A DNA stretch of 43,000 nucleotides from a virus. This document shows positions 34,589 through 42,402 of the stretch, piece by piece. Position 1 is the stretch's first letter. Every line of letters begins with the position of its first letter. Below the pieces are notes generated by a model that saw nothing but the letters and a program-made list of their open reading frames with translations, was not told where the DNA came from and made no database searches. The stretch is taken from positions 1 to 43,000 of the IMG/VR virus record IMGVR_UViG_3300045938_000052; one strand, 5' to 3'. The position numbers and the translations under genes are program-made.

Positions 34589-35562
34589 GATGTCATCCCC
34601 TCAGTGCTGGCTGCAATGGCTGCAGGAAGGTGCATCCACATCGTGTAGACGCACGATTCGCCCTCCCGGATTGCACCTTCAAGCAAATCGCGCGCGTACC
34701 AGCCTGTTTCGATCTTGCGCTTGCCACTGGTCGTCAGAAGCAGCAAGTCTTCGGCGGTGCCTGGCACCGTGTCGATCGGCTGCCACGAGCCCGGCACCTG
34801 TGCTGCGCCCGCCGGATGAGCGTAGAGCGGCTGAGTGAACATGCCTGCAGGGGTACGCCGACACGGCAAATAGCGGCCGGCTTCGGGGTGGTCCAGATCG
34901 GTGTGCGCGGCGGCCTGCTCCGGGCTGACCCAAAGAGCCGGCGCCTGTGGTTCTTTCTCGTAGTCGGTGCAGTCGTCGCAGCCGTTGCATCCGTGCTCGC
35001 ATCGCCTTGCGGGCACCTGGGCCGCGACCGGGAGCGGCGAGTGCTTAGGCTTCGCTGCCTGCTTCGCCCTGATCTTCTCCACCATGGTCCAGATGCGCGC
35101 CAGCTCGCGCTCTCCAGCGGAATGCATGTCGAGGCTGTTCGCCAGGCACAGAGCGGCGAGGGTGATCATCACGCCGCCGACTTCCTGATCGCGCTCACCA
35201 ACGGGTCGGCCGAAGACATAGTCGACGAGCTGGTGCGCTTCGCTGGCAGTGCAGCCGCACGACTGAACCAGCTCAAGCGCCTCCTCGAGGAAGCGGTGGT
35301 TGCGCTCCTCGCGGTCGCCCGCGATCATCGCGCCGAAGCAAGCCATGAGCCACGGCTGCACGCGCGGCTGCAGCAGATCGTCCGCCGTTTGGGTGCCTCG
35401 AGAGCGGGCGTGCCAGCCTGCCCAGTACAGCGTCCAGTCACGCGAGCCCAGCGGCGCCGCAGCGAGGTCGAATGCCGTCAAGCAGTACTTCGCCTCGGCC
35501 GCCGCCAGCTCGGTGCTCTGCTGCGCTGCAGGCAGCGGATGATCCTTCGGGTGGTAATCCAT
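34585..35562 (-). CDS. Fusion protein: all-alpha NTP pyrophosphohydrolase (MazG-like / dATP-dGTP diphosphohydrolase-like) plus Cys-rich linker plus DUF551
   Basis: The pyrophosphohydrolase part is REERNHRFLEEALELVQ...EVGGVMITLAALCLANSLD. The linker is CEHGCNGCDDC. The C-terminus WQPIDTVPGTAEDLLLLT...GWY is DUF551-like. Confidence 0.75.
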   Translation of the reverse strand: MDYHPKDHPLPAAQQSTELAAAEAKYCLTAFDLAAAPLGSRDWTLYWAGWHARSRGTQTADDLLQPRVQPWLMACFGAMIAGDREERNHRFLEEALELVQSCGCTASEAHQLVDYVFGRPVGERDQEVGGVMITLAALCLANSLDMHSAGERELARIWTMVEKIRAKQAAKPKHSPLPVAAQVPARRCEHGCNGCDDCTDYEKEPQAPALWVSPEQAAAHTDLDHPEAGRYLPCRRTPAGMFTQPLYAHPAGAAQVPGSWQPIDTVPGTAEDLLLLTTSGKRKIETGWYARDLLEGAIREGESCVYTMWMHLPAAIAASTEGMTS

Positions 35563-35580
35563 GAGGTACGTCTCCAGAAA

Positions 35581-36060
35581 TCAGGTGGTGCCCACGCGCC
35601 GGCGGATCGAGGCCGTCTGCGCGATGGACCAAAGGGCGGCGCGCTCGGCGATGCCGTGCCGGTCGAGCTCGAGGAGCCCGTCCATGACGTGCGCCGCAGC
35701 GCGTGCGATGCGAAGCTCGCGCGCGTCGAAGCCGATGCGGCCGGTCTTGCGGAAGCGCGCGGCGACGGATTCGTAGGTGTCGAGCTGCTCGGCAATGGCG
35801 GCCACCGCCTCGTCGCTCAGCTCGACGCCGTCGGCGACCAGCAGCGTCGCCATCTGGCTGTACGTGAAGCCGGTCTCGATCCAGTCCCATAGGTCGGCGC
35901 CGGTGGCACTGCCGTCGGTGAAGCGGGTGACCAGGTCCCAGTGAACGATCTGCGCGTCGAGGCGCTGGGTCTCGTCCAGCTTCGGGCGCCAGAACTTCGG
36001 CAGCTCGGACGACAGAAGGGTGCGCTTCTGGTGCGCGGCGTGGCGGCGGTTGCGGCTCAT
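35581..36060 (-). CDS. Hypothetical protein (159 aa)
   Basis: The ATG overlaps the upstream stop (ATGA at 36057-36060). Coding-like composition. No motif. Confidence 0.65.
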   Translation of the reverse strand: MSRNRRHAAHQKRTLLSSELPKFWRPKLDETQRLDAQIVHWDLVTRFTDGSATGADLWDWIETGFTYSQMATLLVADGVELSDEAVAAIAEQLDTYESVAARFRKTGRIGFDARELRIARAAAHVMDGLLELDRHGIAERAALWSIAQTASIRRRVGTT

Positions 36061-37157
36061 GCGGCTTCCAGGAGTGCAGCAGCCTGATCGCACAGACCGT
36101 AGCTCGAGCTGCACCCCGACACCTCGTCCAGTTGGGCCAGCAGGTCGCGTTGCTTGCCGCCGCGCGTGGTTTTCGACCACTCGATGCGGCTCCAGATGTT
36201 CAGATCGGCGAACACGACCCGGCGATCCTTTGCGGGATGAGCGTCGGCCATCATCGTGCTGAAGCCGCGCTTGCTGCACATGCCGACGCGGTGCTCCCAG
36301 TCGGCAATGCGCTCAGGGTGCTGGGGAAAGCGGGTGGCGATGGCGCGCAGCTCGTCCTTGCCGGCGTTGATGCAGGGCATGCAGCCGACGCGACCCATGC
36401 CCTGGAGGTACAGCGGGTTGGGCTCGATGCTCCGTGCGGCCGCGAATTCGAAGACCCTGCGCGCGGTCCAGAAGGCGATCGGGCGAAAGGTCCAGAGGCC
36501 GGTGTCGATGCGTTCAAAGAGCTTCGCGTTGCGCCGGTTGTGTGACTCGTCGCGGCGCACGCCCTGCCAGCTGATCACCCGGTGGCCGGCTTCCATCAGC
36601 GAGAGCTGAAAGTCCACCGCCATGTTCGTCTTCAGCTCCTGGGTGCAGAACTGGGCCATGCGCGACGGAAACCTGCCCTTCCACATGCAGAGGTCGAGGA
36701 AAGGGTTGCCGCTCGGATGCATCGCGCTCAATGCGCGCCGCTTGGCCTTGTTGGTCCAGCGCACCCGGCGACCGCCGCCGACCTTCACGGTTTTCTGCAC
36801 GGGCTGACCCTTGCGGTTAAGGACGATGGCGCCGCGGCCATCGCGCTTCGGTACCGGCGTCACGCCGTCGGCTTCGAACACGGGCCGGGTCTCGTACTCG
36901 CGACGTGTGCGGCGGTCGAGGGCGATGAACTTGCGCTTGACGAGCAGCTGCTGCGTGAAGTCGGCCTTCAGGCGAGTGACTTTGATGCCCATCCTGGCCT
37001 CGATGTAGTCGAGGTATGCGTAGACCGCCTCGTGCTCGTTGCCGGTGTCGCAGAAGATCGGGACCACGTGCTCGCGTGGGCATCGCTCGAGCGCGATCAG
37101 CAGCGTGGCGAGGCTGTCTTTGCCAGTGCTGAAGGACACGACGTGCTTCGTGCTCAT
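36057..37157 (-). CDS. PAPS-reductase-family PP-loop ATPase-like protein
   Basis: SD GAAGGGTG. The N-terminal PP-loop is VVSFSTGKDSLATLL. Also present are ISWQGVRRDES and GCMPC. Confidence 0.85.
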   Translation of the reverse strand: MSTKHVVSFSTGKDSLATLLIALERCPREHVVPIFCDTGNEHEAVYAYLDYIEARMGIKVTRLKADFTQQLLVKRKFIALDRRTRREYETRPVFEADGVTPVPKRDGRGAIVLNRKGQPVQKTVKVGGGRRVRWTNKAKRRALSAMHPSGNPFLDLCMWKGRFPSRMAQFCTQELKTNMAVDFQLSLMEAGHRVISWQGVRRDESHNRRNAKLFERIDTGLWTFRPIAFWTARRVFEFAAARSIEPNPLYLQGMGRVGCMPCINAGKDELRAIATRFPQHPERIADWEHRVGMCSKRGFSTMMADAHPAKDRRVVFADLNIWSRIEWSKTTRGGKQRDLLAQLDEVSGCSSSYGLCDQAAALLEAA

Positions 37158-37597
37158 GCGACACCCTTCGGCACCCGCCGCTCGCTGCCGATCATGCTCG
37201 GCAGCGAGAACGCGTCGTAGGCGCCCGGACGGTGGCACGTGCGGCCCAGCTCCAGTCCGGCGTACCCCGTCGGCGTCCATGTCGACGGCGCTGCAATTGG
37301 TGGCTCCGGCCCGCGCACCGGCGGCGGCGCCGGCGCCGGTGTCGCGCTGTGGGCGTCCAGTGCCACCATGCCCTTGAGCGTGACGGCGTAGAGCGTGGTC
37401 GACCGGCCGTCGCGCTTGCTGCTCTTGTGGATCTTCGCCAAGCCGCGGCTCACCAGTTGCTCGATCGTCGACGCAGCCTCGCCGCACTCGCGCGCGAGCG
37501 CGGCCCCGTCGAGGAGCGGCGTGAGCATGACGACGCGCAGCACGGCGGCCATGGGCGCGGTTAGCTTGGCCGGAGCCTTGCCGGGGAGCGGTCTCAC
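37154..37597 (-). CDS. Winged-helix (MarR-like) DNA-binding protein with Pro-rich linker
   Basis: GTG 37597 overlaps the upstream stop (GTGA); ATG 37552 is the alternative start. Sequence is LDGAALARECGEAASTIEQLVSRGLAKIH. Confidence 0.65.
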   Translation of the reverse strand: MRPLPGKAPAKLTAPMAAVLRVVMLTPLLDGAALARECGEAASTIEQLVSRGLAKIHKSSKRDGRSTTLYAVTLKGMVALDAHSATPAPAPPPVRGPEPPIAAPSTWTPTGYAGLELGRTCHRPGAYDAFSLPSMIGSERRVPKGVA

Positions 37598-38262
37598 GAG
37601 CGCGCTCCCGGGTTGGTCAGGTCGACGCCGAACACCAGCTCGTCGAAGCGGTCGTGGAAGGCCTTGCGCCAGTCCTTCCACGTCATGGCCTCGCGCTCAG
37701 GCGTGTTGAGGTCGATCCAGTCGATCGCATCGATGCGCAGCACTTCGTCGCCGCCGTCGCCCAGAACGGCCCACGGGCCGTTCGTCCCGGCGCGCCAGGC
37801 GGTGAGGTCGCGCCGCTCGGTCGCAAGCGCCTGCAGGTCGTACAGCCGCAGCGCCGCGCGGTTGCCGACGAAGGGCGTCGTGATGCGGAAGTGCTGGCGC
37901 ACATTGCGCGCGTGGATGCTCTCGAACTGCGACCAGGCGCCGGTGCCGCCGCTCAGGGCCGCAAGGTAGTCGACCGCGCTTTTCGCCGGGCTCGACAGAT
38001 CGCTGGTGAAGGCCTCGTGCGCGTCGTGCATCAGCGCGGCGAACTGGACGATCAGGCTGGCGCCGGAGCGCTGCGCGATCTCGCTGACCAGCAGGCTGTG
38101 CTCGGCGACGCTGTAGGGGCGGATGCAGGCGCCGTTGAAGCGGTTGATCTGCGCGAGGTGGTGCGCGATGTCCTCGATGACGACCGGGCACGCGGCGGGG
38201 TCGAGCATGGCGAGGCCCTTGAGGTGGTACTCGGCGCCGGTGGCGGTGATCATGAAGGACAT
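37594..38262 (-). CDS. HD-domain phosphohydrolase (YfbR-like 5'-deoxynucleotidase type)
   Basis: Sequence is ...INRFNG...YSVAEHSLLVS...AALMHDAHEAFTSD..., the H...HD...D metal-binding pattern. Confidence 0.8.
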   Translation of the reverse strand: MSFMITATGAEYHLKGLAMLDPAACPVVIEDIAHHLAQINRFNGACIRPYSVAEHSLLVSEIAQRSGASLIVQFAALMHDAHEAFTSDLSSPAKSAVDYLAALSGGTGAWSQFESIHARNVRQHFRITTPFVGNRAALRLYDLQALATERRDLTAWRAGTNGPWAVLGDGGDEVLRIDAIDWIDLNTPEREAMTWKDWRKAFHDRFDELVFGVDLTNPGARS

Positions 38263-38274
38263 GGCCGCGTTACC

Positions 38275-39102
38275 TCAGACCGCGCCGGCCTTGCCGAGCA
38301 GCACCACGTAGCCGCTCTCCGCGACCTTCTCGACATAGCCTTTGAAGGCGTCCTCGACGGCGGCTTCCGGGCGCTCGAGCTCGTACCAGAACTTGATCTG
38401 GCCGCCGCCGAGCCGGTACTTCAGGCGCGCCTTCAGCCGGTAGCCGTCGCCGTTCTTAAAGATGCGCAGGCCGAGGGTGAACTCCTTCGGAATGGCGAGC
38501 GCGCCGTTGGCGCCGGCGCGCGCCTCGATGTTCTCGTTGTAGGTCAGCTGGGTCTGGCCGTCCTGCAGGCGCTTGGCGCTGCTGAAGTTGATGCCGCTGG
38601 TCGCCTGGATCGTGGTGGCCACGTCGAGCAGCTGCTGCGCGGCCGGCTCGGTGATGTCCGCGAGGTTGTCCTCGACGAACTCGGCGAACTCTGACTGCGA
38701 CTTCGGCTGGCCGCTGTTGTTCTTCCAGCGCTGGTATTCCGGCGTGAACTCGGCCTTGAAGGTCGCGCGGAAGTCGCGCCAGCCGGGCTCGCTGCTGCGC
38801 TGGTCGTTGAGCACCGCGGTGATCGTCATCGCGTCGGGGTCGGCGTAGACGTAGGCGGCTTCCTCCGCGGCCTGGTCCTTGAGGTAGAGCAGCAGGCTCG
38901 GCACGTCCTTGAGCAGCACCTCGCCGCGCTTGCGCACGGGCGCCTGGAGCGACGACTCGTAGGCCTGGGTGAGGTCGATGTGCTTGAAGCCGGGCGGCGC
39001 GAGCAGGTGGAAGCCGTCGCCGACCTCCTTCACTTCGAGCGCGGCGGTGGTGAGGTCGCGCACGAGCTCGTGGCTGTTCTCTGGGGTGTCGTCGGTGATC
39101 AT
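38275..39102 (-). CDS. DUF2303 (YfdQ-like) phage protein
   Basis: 275 aa. Sequence is ...WRDFRATFKAEFTPEYQRW...FAEFVEDN...FSSAKRLQDGQTQLTYNE.... Confidence 0.75.
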   Translation of the reverse strand: MITDDTPENSHELVRDLTTAALEVKEVGDGFHLLAPPGFKHIDLTQAYESSLQAPVRKRGEVLLKDVPSLLLYLKDQAAEEAAYVYADPDAMTITAVLNDQRSSEPGWRDFRATFKAEFTPEYQRWKNNSGQPKSQSEFAEFVEDNLADITEPAAQQLLDVATTIQATSGINFSSAKRLQDGQTQLTYNENIEARAGANGALAIPKEFTLGLRIFKNGDGYRLKARLKYRLGGGQIKFWYELERPEAAVEDAFKGYVEKVAESGYVVLLGKAGAV

Positions 39103-39458
39103 GATTGCTGGACTTCCTTGAAGGTGATGACGCCATCGGCGTCGACGGACTTGGCATCGCGCAGATCGAGCGCGTGCTGGCGGGGGTGCTGGCGGGTGGG
39201 TTCGGCGTCGTCGGTGAGCCAGAAGAAGTCGCTCGGCTGGTCGGGCTTGGGAAGCTCCAGCTTTCGGTCGGCGACGATCGTGATCTTGTCGACCTCGTGG
39301 CCGCCCTTGGTGGCGGGCGACACCTTGATCTTCAGCGTCATGCTGCCGGCGCGGCCGGTGGCCTTGACGGTCTGCAGCAGCTCGGCCATGTCGGCGGTCA
39401 TGCCCGCGAGCGTCTGGCCGTCGTTGAGGTCCGTCAGGAAGACGGCGAAGGATTTCAT
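39099..39458 (-). CDS. Hypothetical early protein (119 aa)
   Basis: GGAG RBS. ATGA overlap with the downstream gene. Coding-like composition. Confidence 0.7.
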   Translation of the reverse strand: MKSFAVFLTDLNDGQTLAGMTADMAELLQTVKATGRAGSMTLKIKVSPATKGGHEVDKITIVADRKLELPKPDQPSDFFWLTDDAEPTRQHPRQHALDLRDAKSVDADGVITFKEVQQS

Positions 39459-39495
39459 CGGGCGTGGCTCCGGTGGTGGTTGGAAAGGGGAGCGA

Positions 39496-39846
39496 TCAGC
39501 CGCGCGCGCTGGCGGCGGTCATCGCGGCGGGTACGCGCGCGGGCATTAGCCGGCAGCCGCGCACCGTGGCGTGGATCTCCGGCGACTGCAGGCCGGGCAG
39601 GCTGCGCGGGTTGAGCAGGTCGAGGGACAGCGCGTCGCCGGCCTTGAGGTCGGGGTGCGCGGCGTGGAAGGCGCGGGCGTCCTCGCCGATCCAGCGCACG
39701 ACGTAGCCTTCCTTGTGCGGGCCCTGGTGGTCGAGCAGGCGCATCTGCAGGACGAACTGGCCGTCGTCGCTGCGGTGCGTGCTGACCGCGGGGTTGCTCG
39801 CACGGCCCTGGCGAACGAAGAAGAGGCCCACGGTGGTGGTCGGCAT
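39496..39846 (-). CDS. Hypothetical early protein (116 aa)
   Basis: A strong AGGAG lies 7 nt upstream of the ATG at 39846. Confidence 0.7.
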   Translation of the reverse strand: MPTTTVGLFFVRQGRASNPAVSTHRSDDGQFVLQMRLLDHQGPHKEGYVVRWIGEDARAFHAAHPDLKAGDALSLDLLNPRSLPGLQSPEIHATVRGCRLMPARVPAAMTAASARG

Positions 39847-39847
39847 G

Positions 39848-40075
39848 TCAGGCTCCTGGAGTGAAGACGAGTGCCCAGACGAGCAGGGTGAAGAGCAGGG
39901 CGCCGAGCCACACGGCGGTGCTCTCGCCGCGCCCGGCGTGTGCCTCGGCGGCGCGCATCAGCGCCATGCGCTTCTCGAGCGCTTGGTCGGGCGTCATGCC
40001 GGGCGGCACGCAGCCGAGCAGCTCGCGGAACTCCGCGCGGATCCAGGCATGGGCGTCGTTGATCGAGGCCATCAC
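39848..40075 (-). CDS. Small C-terminally membrane-anchored protein (75 aa)
   Basis: The GTG/ATG start overlaps the upstream stop. The C-terminal helix is AVWLGALLFTLLVWALVF. Confidence 0.6.
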   Translation of the reverse strand: MMASINDAHAWIRAEFRELLGCVPPGMTPDQALEKRMALMRAAEAHAGRGESTAVWLGALLFTLLVWALVFTPGA

Positions 40076-40245
40076 AGACGCTCACCCTTGGCGATCTGCG
40101 CGCGCACGCGGCGGAACGTCTTGCTGATGTCGGTGGCCACGGCCGGCACGTAGCGGAAGCGCCGGTCGGCGATGCCGCCGATCGGGCCTGTGGGTGCCGG
40201 CGGCATCGCGCGGTAGAGCCGCAAGGACAGGACCTTCGCGCTCAT
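40072..40245 (-). CDS. Small basic protein (57 aa)
   Basis: ATG 40245 overlaps the stop of the upstream micro-ORF (ATGA). Sequence is MSAKVLSLRLYRAMPPAPTGPIGG.... Confidence 0.5.
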   Translation of the reverse strand: MSAKVLSLRLYRAMPPAPTGPIGGIADRRFRYVPAVATDISKTFRRVRAQIAKGERL

Positions 40246-40412
40246 GGCGTGGTCCACCCGTAGATCAGCATCGCGGCGCCGACGACCGGGAAGACGATCG
40301 GCGCGGCCAGCTTGAGCGACGTGGCGAGCAGCTGCGAGAGACGCAGCGACAGCGTCCGCGCGTGTGTGTGGCGTGCGACGGGAAGTCCGGCGCGCACGCC
40401 CGGCGTCTTCAA
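40242..40412 (-). CDS. Micro-ORF (56 aa) encoding a small membrane protein; not in the supplied ORF track
   Basis: TTG 40412 overlaps the upstream TGA (TTGA), and its stop overlaps the next ATG (ATGA). Sequence is LKTPGVRAGLPVARHTHARTLSLRLSQLLATSLKLAAPIVFPVVGAAMLIYGWTTP. Confidence 0.45.
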   Translation of the reverse strand: MKTPGVRAGLPVARHTHARTLSLRLSQLLATSLKLAAPIVFPVVGAAMLIYGWTTP

Positions 40413-40642
40413 CGTCCGCTCCCGATACGGGCTCGGACCCAGTCACGCACCTTGGTGAAGCCCATGAGGAAGACGGCGGCGCCGATCAACGCGAAGGCGC
40501 CGACCGGCGACAGGTCAACGTCGGCGATGTCGTGGTCTTCGGAGAACTTCGCCGACCGGTTGGCGCGGTCGTAACCCGAAAGGTCCGGCTTATCAGCTGC
40601 GGTGTGTGGCGATGCGTCGCGGTCGGTCTTCATGTCGTCCAT
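40409..40642 (-). CDS. First gene of the leftward early operon: small membrane protein (77 aa)
   Basis: The ATG at 40642 lies about 14 nt downstream of the predicted PL start. The helix is VGAFALIGAAVFLMGF. Confidence 0.6.
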   Translation of the reverse strand: MDDMKTDRDASPHTAADKPDLSGYDRANRSAKFSEDHDIADVDLSPVGAFALIGAAVFLMGFTKVRDWVRARIGSGR

Positions 40643-40662
40643 CCGTGTGTTGGGATGGCGCG

Positions 40663-40691
40663 AGTCTAGATAGACTAGACAAATGAATCAA
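40663..40691 (-). promoter_or_regulatory. PL-like early-left promoter with overlapping 17-bp palindromic operator
   Basis: On the minus strand: -35 TTGATT (40691-40686), a 17-nt spacer, then -10 TAGACT (40668-40663). The operator GTCTAG-N5-CTAGAC is at 40664-40680. An extra CTAGAC-CTAG lies at 40698-40707. Confidence 0.7.
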
Positions 40692-40932
40692 GTAAAACTA
40701 GACCTAGCGATAAAAAAAAGTTGAGGTGAGCGGGATCGACAAAAAACGAAGGTTGGCTAGCGGCTACGCGCGTGCCCGCATGTACCGGGTAATGCCCCCC
40801 ACTCAGAGGACGCGGATTCATTTGCGCACCAATACGAGGAATCCTTCACACACAGCCCGCGTGTCCAGCCGGTGGCAATAGTTATCCCTCTTAGTACGTT
40901 TGTTTTCAGAACATAGACTGGCGCGGGGGGTC

Positions 40933-41316
40933 TTACGTCGCTGCTCGCTTTGCTGAGCGCGCAGTTCGAAGGTCGACATCCATGTCGCTCGCCGTCGCAA
41001 GGATGGCGTTTTCGATATTTCGTGCTGCGGCGCCACTCAATGCCACGAATTTTTCATAGTCGATTCGGGGGTATGGCCAGAGTTTGGCTCGGGCCGTTCT
41101 GATATCGATAGCGCTCGTCGCGGCTGGTGCGGCCTGCTCTGGCATCGCATGCCCAGTGATTTCGGAGATCTTCAGCATCTGGGCGTAGCTGGGCTTTGTC
41201 GTGCCGGTTTCCCAAAAGCCAGCGGCAGCCTTCGAGCGGCCCATCTTGTGAGCCAGCTGCTCAATCGTCAGGCCTGCGTGATCTCTTGCGGCCTTGACCC
41301 ATTGCTTTATTTCCAT
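40933..41316 (-). CDS. cI: CI-like repressor, XRE-family HTH, without S24 peptidase domain (127 aa)
   Basis: Sequence is MEIKQWVKAARDHAGLTIEQLAHKMGRSKAAAGFWETG.... It is divergent from the cro-like gene. ATG 41316 was chosen because the longer ORF would run through PR. Confidence 0.8.
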   Translation of the reverse strand: MEIKQWVKAARDHAGLTIEQLAHKMGRSKAAAGFWETGTTKPSYAQMLKISEITGHAMPEQAAPAATSAIDIRTARAKLWPYPRIDYEKFVALSGAAARNIENAILATASDMDVDLRTARSAKRAAT

Positions 41317-41361
41317 GCGGCCATCGTAAAGAACGGCTTTACGTGGCGGGGCTAGTAATGC

Positions 41362-41390
41362 TTGACCCGTATGTCTAGAAATACTAGACT
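41362..41390 (+). promoter_or_regulatory. PR-like early-right promoter with overlapping 17-bp palindromic operator
   Basis: -35 TTGACC (41362-41367), a 17-nt spacer, then -10 TAGACT (41385-41390). The operator GTCTAGAAATACTAGAC is at 41373-41389. A half-site CTAGAC at 41414-41419 abuts the cro ATG. Confidence 0.75.
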
Positions 41391-41419
41391 TTGCTGCAAT
41401 TTCAAGCATAGGACTAGAC

Positions 41420-41674
41420 ATGGATCACCCCATCGACCGCGCCGCCAAGATCGTCGGCTCGAAAACCGCGCTTGCTGTGCGCCTTGGTGTCACGAAAGCG
41501 GCTGTCGGTCAATGGAAGGACGAAGGGCGTCGCGTGCCGGCGGAGCATTGCCCGTCCATCGAGCGACTGACCGCTGGCGCTGTCCGCTGCGAAGAGCTGC
41601 GTCCCGACGTCGCTTGGGATGTCCTGCGCATGCAGTCTGGAGGCAAGCCGGTCGAAGCAAGTGCAGAGGCCTGA
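41420..41674 (+). CDS. cro: Cro-like / YdaS-family HTH regulator
   Basis: AGGA RBS. Sequence is ...GSKTALAVRLGVTKAAVGQWKDEGRRVPAEHCPSIERLTAGAVRCEELRPDV. Confidence 0.85.
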   Translation: MDHPIDRAAKIVGSKTALAVRLGVTKAAVGQWKDEGRRVPAEHCPSIERLTAGAVRCEELRPDVAWDVLRMQSGGKPVEASAEA

Positions 41675-41916
41675 AATGCGTTTGCTGAGTGCCTCCACAA
41701 GGCCAGTTTTCGTGCCTGCCGCCGCCAGACGCGGCGCGCCCTTTTCGTCGTTCGCTATGTGGTTGCCATCGTCGCCTGCGGGCAGGCAGGCGATGTTTGG
41801 CGCGCCGAGGCGGCAGGTGCTTTTCTCTTTCGTTTTCATTTTTTCCCTCACTCCATGCGCCGCAGTGTCTCGCGTGCTCGCAGGGGTGTCAGTCACGACG
41901 AATCAGGACTTTCGCC

Positions 41917-42402
41917 ATGGATATCAAAGCCGCCGCCTTCAACGTAGGGCATGACTTCAACGGCGGCGTGCTCGCGCTCGCGCCGCAGATCGGCAAGAAC
42001 GCGAACACGCTCAACCAAGAGCTCGCCGGCATCGGCACCGCGAAGTTCGGCCTGGCCGACGCGGTGAAGATGACGATCGTCACGCGCGACTATCGCGTCC
42101 TCGATGCGTTCGCCGCACAGTGCGGACGCATGACGGTGCCGCTGCCTGAGATGGTCGACATCGAGACCGACGACTGCATGCATGCGCTGGCTGAGACCGC
42201 GCGCGAATTCAGCGAGCTGTGCACCGAGGTCTGCACGTCGCTGTCGGATGGCCACGTCACCGACAACGAGCAGCAGCGGATCCAGCTCGAGGGCGGGCAC
42301 CTCGTTGCGAAGCTGCAGGTCCTGCTTAACGCAGTCTCGGCCCGCAACAAATCCGGCAAGCCAGGGCAGGGCAGTGCCGCACCGGTATTGCGCGCAGCAT
42401 GA
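41917..42402 (+). CDS. cII: CII-like phage regulatory protein (CP76 type)
   Basis: AGGA RBS. Sequence is MDIKAAAFNVGHDFNGGVLALAPQIGKNANTLNQEL...FGLADAVKMT...DGHVTDNEQQRI. Confidence 0.75.
   Translation: MDIKAAAFNVGHDFNGGVLALAPQIGKNANTLNQELAGIGTAKFGLADAVKMTIVTRDYRVLDAFAAQCGRMTVPLPEMVDIETDDCMHALAETAREFSELCTEVCTSLSDGHVTDNEQQRIQLEGGHLVAKLQVLLNAVSARNKSGKPGQGSAAPVLRAA

Noticed and set aside
40712-40747. A8 and A6 runs (T-runs on the minus strand) downstream of cI, considered as a cI terminator
   Set aside because: I could not find a stable GC-rich hairpin immediately upstream of either T-run on the minus strand.
40818-41036. 72-aa minus-strand ORF spanning the cI stop
   Set aside because: It overlaps the 3' end of the repressor gene in another frame. 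It has no RBS and a low-complexity basic translation.
41414-41896. 160-aa minus-strand ORF with a decent SD at its internal ATG (41839)
   Set aside because: It overlaps the entire cro-like gene in antisense, and its high GC3 is explained by that overlap. It is kept only as a remote possibility in the cro-cII spacer finding.
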